The notes under the pieces: generated by a model
Told to the model about the DNA's origin: nothing
Database searches by the model: none
The model's input: the letters and a program-made list of their open reading frames with translations, nothing else
Program-made: the position numbers and the translations under genes
Shown: in pieces, positions 23,721 through 36,900 of the stretch
Layout: each line of letters begins with the position of its first letter
Position numbering within the stretch: the stretch's first letter is position 1
Origin: Felis catus
Taxonomy: Eukaryota
DNA: 64,000 bases
Assembly: GCF_018350175.1 (NCBI RefSeq)
Contig: NC_058371.1
Span: 190,588,001 to 190,652,000, forward strand
Reading direction: 5' to 3'

Positions 23721-24849
23721 ATGGTGCTGAGGACCATCACATAATCCAGCACATGAGGTATTCTCAGTGGAAGAGACCATACCCTGGCTTGTATCAATTA
23801 ATATTTTCAAATAAAATAGTAAAAAATAAATAGGTCTGTTCAGAGTTTTGATTCTAAAAAGATCACCGTTGGTTCCTCTAAAGCAGATGCAGGGTTTTCC
23901 AGACATGACAGGTTCTCCTTTTGCCCTCTGCACCAGCCTCTGAGAATGCATCTGTCATATACACAACATCAGACACAGGGAAACAGGCGCAGGGAACCGT
24001 GTACAAAAACGTATCAACCCACATGAGCCCAGGAGCAGGAAGACACACATGATACCCCACACGGATTCCAATCACAAACTCTGTACTGATCAGATGGAAC
24101 ATGGCTCTAAGTCAAATCCATACCTTTTAGCAGCATAAAGGCATTAGAGCTTAACCAGCAAAAACAAATCAGCAAATGTTCCAAGGAAATTCTAACCTTA
24201 ATCCTTCCATAGATATCAGTTTTGATCAAGGTTTAGCAAATCTTCTCAGGAAACATTTATTTCAAAGTCTGTATACAGCATGTTTTTCCTCTTAGATAAT
24301 AAAAAAATCCTAGTATTATGAAATGCTGGATTAAAGTGGATATGAAAAAGAATTAAGCAGGTGTTGATTATTGATCCTGCTCTCTCCATTTCACCACTTC
24401 CTCCCACCTCCATTCACCTCCTCCCTGACACCCAAGTTGGCATTTTTAAAATTTAGATCTCATTTGTGATCAAATCTATGTCTCTTGTCTGTTTGAAAGG
24501 CTTCCAAGACTCCCCATAACATAAAAAAAAAAAAAAATCAACTCTCTGTAACAACATCCAAAAGGCTTTTTAGAACTGAGTCCCTATCAACCTCTCCAGC
24601 CTCAATTCTTACCATGCTCTTCAGTTTTAATTGTAAATGGCTCTATTTATTCCTACCTACAAATACTGATGTGAAGGTTAAATGAGATGATGCAGGCAAA
24701 GCACGGATAGTACCTGGCATGTATCAGATGCTTAGTAAGTCTTCAAATACCTCCTTTATAATGTACACATACGGGTGGCTTTCCATATATTATCTCCTAA
24801 ACATTCTCATACCCCTTGAGGACAGTAAATGAGACTTAACATCTCCATT

Positions 24850-25080
24850 TTTAAAAAAACTATTTATTTATTTATTTATTTTGAGAGCAAGAGGAAGAGA
24901 GCGCGTGTGTGCATGCAAATGGGAGAGGAGCAGAGAGAGAGGGAGACAGAAATCCCAAGCAGGCTCCATGACTGTCAGCACAGAGCCCGATGTGGGGCTC
25001 AAACTCATGAACCGTGAGATCACGATCTGAGCTGAAATCAAGAGTTGGAGGCTTAATCGACGGAGTCACCCAGGCACCCC
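24850..25080 (-). mobile_element. Can-SINE inserted in an antisense MIR
   Basis: Ends 'gagtcacccaggcacccc'; MIR continues 'aagaagctgaggttcacagag'. Confidence 0.92.
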
Positions 25081-25839
25081 AGTATCTCTGTTTTGTTAAT
25101 TAAGAAGCTGAGGTTCACAGAGTTTGTGTGGCTTGCTAAAAGTACGACAGCTGGTAAGAGGAGGGGCTGGTAATAAATCTACTTCTGAATACAAGTTAGA
25201 ACACGCTCCACTACTGTGTATTCCTTCCCCTATAGATTTACGAAAAGTTGCATTTAGTTACAGTTTGTTCGTTGCCCCACTACCATAGTGTCTGTGCCAG
25301 ACATCTGCCATTTTCTTTCAGATCCATTCCCTGGTCACAGTGGGCTGTTTCTGCAAACCTTCCCAAGCTGCCTTTGCCAACAGGCTTCTAACCATGTGCG
25401 GTGAATGGGAGACACTAGTGGAGATTGAAGGCAGGAGGGAGGAAGAATCTAGACTATTTTACAGTCTCGATCTTGTGTCTGATAGCGGCTGTATCTCCGC
25501 TATGGTACCAGGCTTCTCTGGGCAACTTCCACTGATGTCCACGATCCCAGGGCATATGCGTGGCTCCTAGACCCTAGTGGCACGACCTACCTCCTCATAG
25601 TAGTTCACTTCTAGGGGTAGAAGGTGGTTGCACTTCCTAGCACTGTCAAGACTTAGATTCCCTCTTAGGACCCTATTTGGCCTTCCAGCTTTTCTAAACC
25701 CCCTGTATTTATGCTCTCATGCTGAACCATGGATCTCTTTCCCTAACTAGACCTTAATTCATAAGTGGCCACACAAAGAATTTAGACATTTTAATGAAAT
25801 TTGGAGTTACAGCCTTCACCGAAATCATAACATCAGACA

Positions 25840-26318
25840 TCTTTATTGTCTGAGCAGACAATATCCATTCTCCTCTTTTCCATCTTAACAGAACCCTGAC
25901 TTGTTAGAAATGACAACTTATCCAACTAAAACTCAAAACAGCCAAGATTCAGCTGCAGACGTTAGTGGTCACATGATTAAATTCTGGCTAATGAGATTAA
26001 TGGTTGGTAGGCCTTTGGGGAAAGTGCCCCAAAATCACTTTACTTAATTGCCAAGTAACTGTACTCACTTTTCCTGCTTCTTCCTGTCAAGGATGCAGAC
26101 ATGACTGCATAGCTCCAGTCACCCTGTGACCATGAGAAGACCTGAGAGATGTCATTTAAGATGAAGACTGAAAGTACACAAGAGCCTGGATGACTGAAGA
26201 CACATACGGATCCCATGTACCAGCACAGGACCACCTAGATACTCATATTACATGAGAACCACTATTTTCTAGGTACTAGGATCTGTTACTCAATACTAAA
26301 GCATTCCAAACTGATACA
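25840..26318 (+). mobile_element. Old MaLR LTR (MLT1I/J-like)
   Basis: 'ggtcacatgattaaattctggctaatgagat' ... 'cattccaaactgataca'. Confidence 0.6.
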
Positions 26319-26339
26319 AAACTAAATCTCACTATTCTT

Positions 26340-27190
26340 GCATTTATTTACTGATTACTTCATTCATTTCTGCTATGTGTCACGTATTATGTAAGAACCC
26401 GGGTGTATAGAGAAGGATCAAGGCAGAGTTCCTGCCTTTAAGAAGGTCACAGTGGATAGGGTGCCTGGGTGCCTCAGTTGGTTAAGCATTCAACTTCAGC
26501 TCAGGTCATGATTTCACAGTCTGTGAGTTTGAGCCCTGTGTCAGGCTCTGTGCTGACAGCTCAAAGCCTGGAGCCTGCTTCAGATTCTGTGTCTTCCTCT
26601 CTCTCTCTCTCTCTCTGCCCCTCCCCTGCTCATGCTCTGTCTCTCTCTGTCTCAAAAGTAAAAGTAAATAAAAACATTAAAAAAATTGTTTTTAAAAAGA
26701 AGGTCACAGTGTAGTGGACAGTCAGACACAGAAATGAGTTGTTAAAACTGCAGAGAGGCAACTGAGTACAAAAAGGCAGCATTTAGGGAATATAGAAAAG
26801 GAGTAAGAAAACCTAATTCCTGGGGTTAGGGACAGCTTCTAATGGAGTCATGGGAAACTGAACCAATAGAGATTATTAGGAAGAGCTGATTTGAGGTGCT
26901 GTACCAAGATGGGGCTGGGAAGAAGGGGGCCACAGGAGAGGGAAACGTTACAGGTAGACAGGAATTAAAGGAAATAAGAAACATATTGCTATGTGGGAGG
27001 AACTTCCAGCAGTCCCGATTTGTTCACGGGCAATGCACAAACCAGAGTGGTGACAGACAAGTTGAAATTAGGGCTCAGTTACTATAGCGCCTCCTGCACT
27101 ATGACACAGAGTTCACACTTAGTGCTGAGGGCAAAGGGGAGTCACTGACATTCTCTGATGTTATTTTAGCAAGGAGTGACACTACTAAAT
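26340..27190 (-). mobile_element. L2 remnant
   Basis: 'cattcatttctgctatgtgtca' ... 'gttcctgcc' ... 'ctgagggcaaaggggagtcactga'. Confidence 0.6.
26459..26696 (+). mobile_element. Can-SINE inserted in L2
   Basis: TSD aagaaggtcacagtg 26440-26454 / 26697-26711. Confidence 0.95.
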
Positions 27191-27857
27191 AATGTGGCCC
27201 CTTCAACAGCTGATAAGCTCATAAATAGCACAATTCAATACAGGAAATGGTTAATTTTGTTGTGAACTGTTACCAACAATTGGTGTGCTACAGGCTAGTT
27301 TCTCCAAGAGTGACTATCGGCAATTGCTGACCAGGATAAGAGGTGCAGTCTAAGACTGGAGGAAGTCTTCCATAAGTTGTGAGCTTCGAGAAGCATGTGC
27401 ACTATGTGCTCAGTAAGTACTTTCTGCATGAATAAATCAATGAATAAAATGTATGAGGAATAAGGTTTCTCCGCTCATTCCCAGAAGTAGATAATCGACA
27501 GCATTTAGTGCCCACCACATGAACATACCTTCATTCTCTGCCCCAAAGGAGTCAGTGTCTTGAGTTTTTTTGCTTGCCAATTCAGGAGCAAAGTATTCTG
27601 TATGCATGAAAAGGAACCTGGTGGCTTTTATTTACTTGTGGGCTTGGAGTTTGTGGTCTCACGTGAAGAGTTCTAGAACAGCAGCCCCAGAGAAACTGAC
27701 TCCAGGTTCCCTCCAGCTACTTAGGAGTCTCCTTCTGTCTTAGTACCTATTAATAAAGAAATGCAAGTATTGGGGCACTTGAAGGAACTGAATTCTTAGA
27801 TTCACTTCAGCAGAGCTGGGGAAAAAAAAATAGTTTTGAAATCTAAAAGAGATTTTT

Positions 27858-28075
27858 AGGGACACATGGGTGGCTCACTTGGTTAAGATTTTGACTTCGG
27901 CTCAGGTCATATCTCGCAGTTTGTGAGTTAGAGCCCCGTGTCGGGCTCTGTGCTGCCAGCTCAGAGCCCAAAGTCTGCTTCAGATTCTGTGTCTCCCTCT
28001 CTTTCTCTGCCCCTCCCCTGCTTGCTCTCTCTCTCTCTCTCGCTAAAAAATAAACATCAAAAATATCTTACAGAA
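27858..28075 (+). mobile_element. Can-SINE
   Basis: 'gggtggctcacttggttaag...gctcagagcc...gattctgtgtctccc'. Confidence 0.92.
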
Positions 28076-28537
28076 ATTTTTAAAAATAGTACTATGTATG
28101 TCTTCAGGGAAGCTAGAAAGAGAAGCATTTAAAGAAATGCACCCTCCCTACAACTAGGTGTGGGGGGAAGAAATCCAAGGCGTATAGTGAGTGGTGGCAG
28201 AATCCAAGAGAAAGGAGAGCAGGCTGGATCTCTGGGGAGCTTGGAAAGAAGAAAAGATATATGGATGTGTTCAGGCTTAGTCACTGTTAAAAGGGTCTTG
28301 GAGGCACACTGAAATGGCCATGGATGGTCTCTCCCTAAAATTTCAGATCTAGCCAATAAGGCTTGAGATCTTCTTGAAGTCATGCCTTTGCACAGATGTT
28401 GCCTAGCATGGTCTTTAAAGCTTCAATGAAAGAGAAAAGTAAAATGGCAGGAAGACAGAAAACAAGAAAAGAGGGGACAGAGGGAAGAAGAAAAATTTGG
28501 AGCTATTGGGGAAAAACACTAAAGCTATGATATGACA

Positions 28538-28929
28538 CATATCTTGGTCAGGTCCAAGTTGCTATAACAAAGCACCATAGATTGGGTGCCTTACGAACAA
28601 CAGATCTTTTTTTTTTTTTTTTTTTTCACAGTTCTGGGAGCTGAAATTCTGAGATTAGGGTGCCAGCATAGCTGGATTCTGATGAGGACTGGTTTGAAGA
28701 CTGCTGATTTCTCCTTGTATTCTCACATGGCCAAGAGCAAAGAGAGGAAGCAAGCTCTCACGTGACTCCTACAAGGGAGCTAATCCCAGTCATGAGGGCC
28801 CCACCCTCATGACCTCATCTCATCTGAATTAAAGGCTCTACCTCTGAATATCATTACACTGGGGAGCAAAGTTTCAATACATACGAATTGGGAAAGGGGG
28901 GGGGGGGCAAAAACATTCAGGCCATAACA
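28538..28929 (-). mobile_element. MaLR LTR (MLT1A-like)
   Basis: 'gctataacaaagcaccatagattgggtg' ... 'ctaatcccagtcatgagggccccaccctcatgacct' ... 'cattcaggccataaca'. Confidence 0.85.
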
Positions 28930-29014
28930 ACACATTTGAAAACCAATCTTTTCAAAATAGAAAAGACAGTAGAATAAATTCTATGTCACCACCAAGTACA
29001 GCAGAAGGGTAACA

Positions 29015-29240
29015 GGGTTTGAATTCTTAGAGTTCAGGAGGGTTTGGCTTTTTACTTATGAGCTATGTACTGCTAACCAATTTATTTGACCTCAGTAAGG
29101 CTCAGTTTCATCATCTGTTAAATGGAAACAGTGTCTTCATCACAGGATCAGAGTGAGAATTCAATGAGATTGGATTTGTAAAGGACTTAGTTCTTTATCT
29201 GGCACACAAAAAGCATTCAGCAAATTGTTAGCTATTTAAT
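29015..29240 (+). mobile_element. MIR SINE
   Basis: 'ctcagtttcatcatctgttaaatgg' ... 'gagaattcaatgagat' ... 'aaattgttagctatt'. Confidence 0.8.
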
Positions 29241-30059
29241 AATGCACAATAAAAGCATATTCTAATTCATCAAAAAAATACTTTATGCATTTATTGTGTT
29301 CTTACTATGTCCTTGGGCTGTATTACTGAGAAAGACAGTATCCTGTTCTGGATGGTATTCACATTCCCAAGCAAGAATGATAGACAGGCAGATAACATCA
29401 GTGGAGGGTGCCCAACAGTAAGGTAAGTACAAGGTATTATAGAATTGTAAGAGATAAACACAGCAAAAGGCTAGATCACAAAACTCCAAAATAATATGGA
29501 GTTTACTTGAGAGCAGGGGTCCACTGAAGAGTTATAAGCAGAAGATGGAAATGTTTTGATTTCAGAGAAATGAAATTACTACAGTTCCAGCTAGGAAGGA
29601 AATAGAATGAAGACAAAAAAGAGAGAAAGAAAAATTGTGTGGTACCAGTTATTCAATTCAGATTTTTTTTTCCTTTAAATTTGTGCATTCTAGTCAAAGC
29701 TACACAAATCTGTGTTGATTACAGGCTTGATTTTAAGAGAATTCCTCCTAACACTAGGCATGGTGCTAAATAAAAGCGAAGAGTTTAGAAGGTTTATTGA
29801 ATGTATAACAAATGTTATTCATGTAAGTATTTGAGAAGTACCCACGACATGCATGAAAAATCACTAAATGGTTAAAGTATTTCACAGACATAATTACACT
29901 TGAGTGCAGTAAGCATAAGAACTCTGATGTAGGAATAAGAGCAGAATCTATCCTGTAGGGCTGAGGTTTAGGGGAAGACTTCACCCAAAAGTTGATGCTT
30001 GTGCTGCACCTTCAAAGACAAATGCGTACTGGACAGAATAAGGACAGGAGCTTCTAAGC

Positions 30060-30400
30060 AGTAGAAATAAAATATAAAATGTATCAGAGACAATAAGACT
30101 ACAACTGCAGAATGGTTTATAAACAGAACACCATTTATTTTTAGAAAAAGATACATGTGAGTATGTACATTGATGTAAGTTAGGGCTTAGAAAGCAGACT
30201 AAAAAGAATGCACCCCAACGTGTTGACAGACCATGGTTTTGAATTCTGGGGATGAGAATGAATGTAAAGGAAAAGAAGAGAAAGGGAAAATTTTACATTT
30301 TGCTTTATATACTCCTATACTGTTTGACTTGTTACAGTGAGAATGTATTTACCCATTACTTGCATAAAAATAAACAGCCTACATTTAAAAAAAAAAAAAA
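30060..30400 (+). mobile_element. Old L1M 3'-end fragment embedded in antisense L2 remnants (~29280-31420)
   Basis: 'ccatttatttttagaaaaag' ... 'ttttacattttgctttatatactcctatactgtttgac' followed by an A-run. Confidence 0.5.
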
Positions 30401-30681
30401 AAAGAAACGTAATAAGCCCCAATGTATTGTTTGATGTACTTGGGGGCGGGGAGGGACATGCATAAAGAGCTTGCAGAAGACAAGAGTCTTCAGGTAATCA
30501 TGGCAGGATCCTATAGGACGTTGTGTGTGCTATCAGAGCATGAGGACTTTACAGACATCAGGGATCAATAAATCACATAATAAGGAGAACTAAGTGAGGT
30601 ACATTTAGAAAGATAGCAGTAATGGCGCAGAAAGTGGACAGAAAGGGAAAACCACTGGCATTAAGAAGAATAGTTACAAAG

Positions 30682-30992
30682 TGTATTAGTCAGGATGGGC
30701 TAAGTGAGATCTAGAATCTCAGGTGTTGTTCTTACCAACCCTGATCCATGCCAAACTCTTCAGCCATCTTGAAGGCACAGAATCTGAAACATCTGGCCTC
30801 AAGGTTTGGTCGGGGAGGGAAAAAAATGGGCGTGGAGAAATAATTTCTGTTTTTAAATTTCTTAGGCCAGGAGACTTATGCATCACTTCCACTCAAAGTC
30901 CCCTGGCCAGAAGTGTTTTGTGCCTCTCATCTAACCACGAGGGGGATGGGAAATGTGGGGACGCTCCTGGATATAATCTTATCTCTGTCACA
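30682..30992 (-). mobile_element. Old ERVL/MaLR LTR (LTR33-like)
   Basis: tgtattagtcaggatgggctaag ... 'catcacttccactca' ... tctctgtcaca. Confidence 0.6.
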
Positions 30993-31834
30993 AAATACTA
31001 TCAACTTTGTTGGTGAACTGTAGGACATACTGAATACAGAAACCAGGGCACTGAATTAAGAATTATTTATAGGGCACAACTGACAAGACATATTAACTGG
31101 TGCGTAACTGGGCAAAGGGTGGGCCGGATAAAAGGAGAGGAGTAAAAACCAGAGGTTATTAAAGGGTAAAGAAAGGATTAAAACGACAACCTGACTTCTC
31201 AGTGAACACTTAGCTGGATAGTGGTGGTGCTACAAACTGAATCGGGAATCCATGTGGGTGCGTCATGGGGAGTGGTGAAAAGTAAGGACTCAACCTTTGC
31301 CTGATGTGGATGCAGAACCATTATTTAGGAATTCTAACTGGGCAGATGGAAATAATCTTTGGGAGTCCCTGGCACTGAGAAGGAAGTGTAGGTCCCTGAG
31401 GACTGTTGAGAATGTGATCAGCAGGGGGCATGGGAATCAAGCAGCAAGTCCCACAAGATACGTGAACCCCAAAGATTCCTTCACAGGTTTGCTGTACTTT
31501 CGTCTCTGTATAAAACCTATTTGGCTGCAGTGGAATATTGTTAAGAGGCAGAACACTGGCCTGAGTGGACTGTGTGATGTTTTGCAGGGTGTAGTATCGG
31601 GTATGCTGTGCTGTAAGTCTAAGTCTATTACAGTGTTAGGCCGGTGCCAAAGAACGATTGAGTAGGGCATTGCTGCAATGTGTTAGAAGTTTGTCTGGTT
31701 GGTCAGTGAGATGTACAGGCAGACAACAACCCTACCTAACCAGTGTGGAGGGAGCCCATTCAAGTAGTGCAATGACTGTGTTTTTTTCTTATATCATGAT
31801 ACATTTTTGAGCTGTATCATAATCACTAATGACT

Positions 31835-32075
31835 TTCTTTTTTNNNNNNNNNNNNNNNNNNNNNNNNNNNNNNNNNNNNNNNNNNNNNNNNNNNNNNNNN
31901 NNNNNNNNNNNNNNNNNNNNNNNNNNNNNNNNNNNNNNNNNNNNNNNNNNNNNNNNNNNNNNNNNNNNNNNNNTGTCAGCACGGAGCCTGATGTGGGTGG
32001 CTTAAACTCACAAGATCATGACCGGAGCTGAAATCTAGAGTCAGATGTCTAACCGGCTGAGCCACCCAGGTGCCC
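31835..32075 (-). mobile_element. Can-SINE (partly N)
   Basis: 'tgtcagcacggagcctgatg...gctgagccacccaggtgccc'. Confidence 0.9.
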
Positions 32076-33499
32076 TCATTAATAATGATTTTTGAATGTT
32101 GTTTTGAGTTCTTTAATCCATTTGACATGATCTCCAAACCCATCTTTCTAATTTTGTAATGCCTGGAGCCCATACATAGAAAATTGGTACAAAGTCAGCA
32201 GAAAGGAGCCTTAAAGATGAGAATCTGGAGACAAACCACACGTGGGTGTCCTGCAGAGGTGTGGAACAGAAAGGAGAGGGAGTGGCCACAGAGTAAGAAA
32301 AGAACCAACAGTGGATGGTTTCGTGGAGGCCAAAGCAGCAAAACAACAGAGCTGTCACAGGGGCGTGACATAAAGTGCCCTGCCCCCGCACACTGGAAGG
32401 ATCACTGGCAGGCTTGCTCAGAGTGGTTTCAATGGAGTGTAGGAGCGGGGAAGTGCCTAAGCCAGAGGGAACTGAAATGAGCTATGACTACAGCAAACTT
32501 TTGAAGTTTGGATGTGTTGTGCAGAAAACAGACCAAATTCTCTCCTTATTTTTCCTTTATTCCATACCACTCTCAATCTACTTGGAACACTGCTGATTCA
32601 CTCAGTCTAGAAAGACAATGATGTTTAGAACAAAGAGGCACATACAGCACACACATCTGGTTGGATAATGCACAGATCCACAGGGAGCCCTAATTTAATA
32701 ATATAGCTAATGCTCAATATCCTTCTCTTTCTTTAAACAAAGTAAGAAATGGATAGACTAATGTATTTCTTGTTTCCTTATTCACATTCCAAGATGACAA
32801 CATGTTCTTTATGCATTTCCCCTGCCAAAAATACTAAACCTTTTATAAATGTCCATTTAAAAGTCCACAAAGGAAACGCTCACAAATAAATAAATATAAA
32901 AATTGTCAAGCTTTGATTATGACCCAAATCAGGATCCACTTAGCAGCTATTTCTTTTCTCCTGCACAGAAATATCTCTTGGATATGCATTTGTCATGGAA
33001 CTCATTTCTTATTTCTTCCTCTAAGTAAATAAAACTGTGACAATCATTTCCATCTTCCCACAAAGTCAGCATGCAAGCATCAGTGGTCAAATATGACTAC
33101 AGCATCCTGACTTCCCACACTGGCACTTGTTCCATAACACGCACTGTGGATACTGAAATGGCATCCCCTTATTTTTCCAGTGAAATGCAGTGTTTACCAA
33201 ATATCATTCTATGGAGAAAAATGATATCTGCTGCCATGTTTGCAACACAAATGCTTTGTATTAGTCAAGCAACAAGTTCAGAAACATGTTTTAAGTAATG
33301 GTTACAGAGATTTGTTTTGTTTTGTTTTGTTTTTACTCCCAATAGCAATGCATTTTATTTTTCCATTTGACATTGACAAAAATGTCTGTGCTACTCAAGA
33401 AAGGAAAGTTCTTGGATATCATGTTTTATGCAAGGGCATTTTTTTTCCCTTACTGGACACCATGCTCCTCTGGATAAACTCTCATTTCTGATAACTAAG

Positions 33500-34330
33500 G
33501 CAACTTCACAGTGTTTTCTTTCTCTATCCATCATTTAACTCTCATCCTTGTTCAGCGTTCTCTCCTTTTGGCTCCCTTTCCAGTTTTACTCCCCGAGTTG
33601 TGATCCATGGGTGACTTTATTGATTTTCACGATTTCAAACTGAGTCTATGCACTTATTATTCCGCAAATGATAGTTTATTCTCTTTCAACTCCAGGCACA
33701 TACCTCCAATAATCGCATTAAATGCAATGTGAAAAAATATAACTATCTTTACCCCCAAATCTGGTTTAGCTCCAAAATGACATGGGATAAATTATGACAC
33801 CATCTCTTCAAGGTCAAAACACAGAAATTTTAAACTCCTTTCTCTCTTCCAGTACTCCACCTTAACAACCACTTTATCAAGTATTACTGATTTTTCCAAG
33901 AAATTACCTATCTGTCCAATTTAGCTTGTCCTCCTTATCTCCACTGCAATCCCCATTAGGAATCTGAACCCTCTCCTCCAGGCAAGTGCAACAGCTTCCT
34001 ACCCAGTATTCCCTATTTCCAGAAATCTCCTCTCTCTCCGGTCCATCTTGTACACCTTATCAGAGCTGCTTATATAAAATAAATACATTTATCTACTCAC
34101 CTTGAAATCCACCATTGATTTCTAATCATTTACAATATAAGGTCCAAAATCATTAAGATGGTTTAAGATTCTTTACTGTCTTGTCCCAAACTGTGTCTCC
34201 AAACTCACCTCACAGTTCTTCAAGAGCTCCTTCCATTTTATGAACCTGTGCCCTTTATTCAGGTAGCTCCTTGTGCCTAAAATACCCTTACGTACTACAT
34301 CCCACTAGTAAACTTGTACACACTTTCAAA
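33500..34330 (+). mobile_element. L2 remnant
   Basis: Pyrimidine-rich L2 motifs 'gatccatggg...', 'tgcaacagcttcctacccagt', 'tccatcttgtacacc'. Confidence 0.6.
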
Positions 34331-34339
34331 CTTCATTAC

Positions 34340-34814
34340 AGTAATTGCAAATGCTCACCCAGATCTGTGTTCTCTTCTTTTTGCATGGCACAGTCATAGA
34401 CATACACATGACCATTTGACATTGACAAAAATGAAATGTGGGCAGAAGTGATGTCTGTGACAATGAAATGTGGGCAGAAGTGATGTCTGTCATTTCTAGG
34501 CCCACCCCCAAAACTATCTGCATAATTCTCTGTGAGGACTCTCTTCCTCAGGTGCCAACTGGGTGCATGGGATCAAGGGAAGGCCTCTCTGATGCTTCAA
34601 GAATATCACTGCATAAAGCCTGACACAATGAATGGCTTAGGTTAGGAGGCATGTCCTGGAGGAAGCCTGACTCACTAAATGACTCCACAGAACAATGCTC
34701 CCTGCCAGCCAGCACTGTAACTGTAGCATAAACGAGAAACTTTTTTACACCGAGTCACTGAGATTTAGGAGGTGTTTGTCACAGCAGCTCTTGTTACTTA
34801 CCCTAACTGATACA
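34340..34814 (+). mobile_element. MaLR LTR (MLT1G/H-like) with internal duplication
   Basis: 'aatgaaatgtgggcagaagtgatgt' twice; ends 'ttaccctaactgataca'. Confidence 0.7.
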
Positions 34815-35682
34815 ATTATAATGGTTAGAATTCTCAAAGAACTTCAAAGAGAATGATAGCTCTTGTTATGTTAACAAATTCATGCCCCTTATTAAAAAAT
34901 AATATTTTGTACTTTTTCTTGCTATAGTTGTATTTTCTAAGTGAGATTTTCCCAGGAAATGTCCAAGAGAAGATAATAGGGGTGCTCCTAAAAAAAAAAA
35001 AAGAGTTCCAGAAGCAAATACATTTGGAAGAGACTGGCTTACACAAATTTAAGTAAGTCCATGTGACTGAGTTACAGACTTCTTAAGTTCTAATGTACTA
35101 AAGAACTTTGGGAATCTCCAAGAGGAGTTAGAGCATGCACCATTTTCCAAACCTCTTTAACCAAGAAATCTTTTTTGAAGACACATTTACCAATAACTTT
35201 TTAATCAGGCTGCCAATTAGTCCACTATGAGATTTACAAGATAGGCTGTAGTGAAGATAATGGCTTCTGTGAAGGCAGGGTCTATACCATACTCAGTTCT
35301 GCATGCATCGCCAGCAGGGAGCGCATTACCAAGCACATTAGAGAAGTTCCTTTATTTGTTCATATATGCCTTTTTTTTTTTTTAGTGGGGAGCCTTTGTT
35401 TTCACAACAAACCAATCTTTTAAAAAAGATTTAGTCCTTCAGGTTCTCCTCTCAAAACATATCCTTTCATCAAACTCCTCATGAGCAATGTAGATTTCCT
35501 GGAGTTTACCAAAAAAGTTTGTGATAAATGAAGGACAGCTGGGGTTGCACATCAAACAACTAACACCAAAATAAAAGCGTGTTCTCATCACCACCCCTCT
35601 TTAGCGATGACCTGCAGGATTCCATCTCTCTTCCTGCTGTATAATCTCTTAATCTTGGTTCTTTACCAGCTCTCTCAATCCA

Positions 35683-35862
35683 GGGTGATAATGATGTATC
35701 AATGTAGGTTTATCACTTATAACAAGTGGAATAGGATACTGATAATGGCAGAAGCTGTGTGAGAGGAGAGGTCAGAGGGTACATGGAAACTTTATTTTCT
35801 GCTCATTTTTTTTTTCTGGGAACACAATACTGCTCTAGAAAAAAAAAGTTTATTAAAAAAAC
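35683..35862 (+). mobile_element. L1MC-like 3'-end fragment
   Basis: 'ggtgataatgatgtatcaatgtaggtttatc' ... 'tgctctagaaaaaaaaagtttattaaaa'. Confidence 0.65.
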
Positions 35863-36024
35863 AAAATACATACTTTGATGTGACAATAGAAGGGACTGTC
35901 TATAGCCAATAAATACATAGAGAGTCATAGATTCCAAAAAGGTAGAGAGTCAGATAAATTATATCACAGACATCAGAAAGGAGACTTCAGGGACAGGGAA
36001 CCCAATTTAAGAACCTTGCTTCCT

Positions 36025-36138
36025 GGGGTGGCTTAGTGGTTAGGCATCCAACTCTTGACTTCCACTCAGGTCATGATCCTAGGGTTGTGGGATCAAGCCC
36101 CGCATTGGGATCTGCACTGAGCATGGAGCCTGCTTAAT

Positions 36139-36186
<48 letters not shown>

Positions 36187-36247
36187 CCCCTCCCCCTCCC
36201 CCCCACTCACACTCACGCCCTCTCTCAATCAATCAATCAATTTCTAA
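36025..36247 (+). mobile_element. Can-SINE with expanded (CT)n
   Basis: TSD aagaaccttgcttcct 36009-36024 / 36248-36263; (TC)n ~36141-36184. Confidence 0.95.
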
Positions 36248-36392
36248 AAGAACCTTGCTTCCTTTTTAATTATTCCCTACAAGGTATCAAGAGGACTAAA
36301 ACAAAGAATTCCAACACAGCAAAATGGCGAAAAAAAACAAAAACAAAAACAAAAGAAAAAAAGAGAAAAAAAAAAGAGGAAAGGATATAGAG

Positions 36393-36900
36393 TAAGTTGC
36401 TTCTAAGATGGCACTCATGGTTCCTGCCACCTAATATCCATAATCTTTCATAATTTCCTACCTTCAGTAACCAGTAGAATATTTCAGAGTTATTAGTAAA
36501 CATTATCTCTGTGATTAGATTACAAAATTCTGACTTGGTAGCCGACTCTCTGCCTTGCCTAATGGAGCAAGATGCCCATGTTGGGAAGGCCCACGTGGAA
36601 AGGAACTAAGGATAGTCTCCTGTCAACAGCGAGCTAGAAACTCTGGTCTCCAGCCCAGAAGCCCAAAAGGATAAGAATTTGGCAATCAGCCTCATAAGCA
36701 TTGCTTGGAAGCAGATCCTTCCTCAGCAGAGTTTTCATATGACACCCCAACCCTTGCTGACCCCTTAAATGGAGCCTCATGAAAGACCCAGGAAAGCTGT
36801 GCACAGATTACTGACCTACAAATACTGTGAGAAAGAAATGTTTGTTATTTTAGGTCCGTAAGTTTGTTTTCATTTTTATGCAGAATAGATAACTAATATA
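36393..36900 (+). mobile_element. MaLR LTR (MLT1E/F-like)
   Basis: 'ttctaagatggc' ... 'ggcccacgtggaaaggaact' ... 'gcagaatagataactaatata'. Confidence 0.75.

Noticed and set aside
31297-31770. Processed pseudogene or viral/NUMT insert (122-aa ORF, slightly different composition)
   Set aside because: No recognisable protein or mitochondrial similarity, no poly(A) or TSD, and the 5' part overlaps L2-like sequence.
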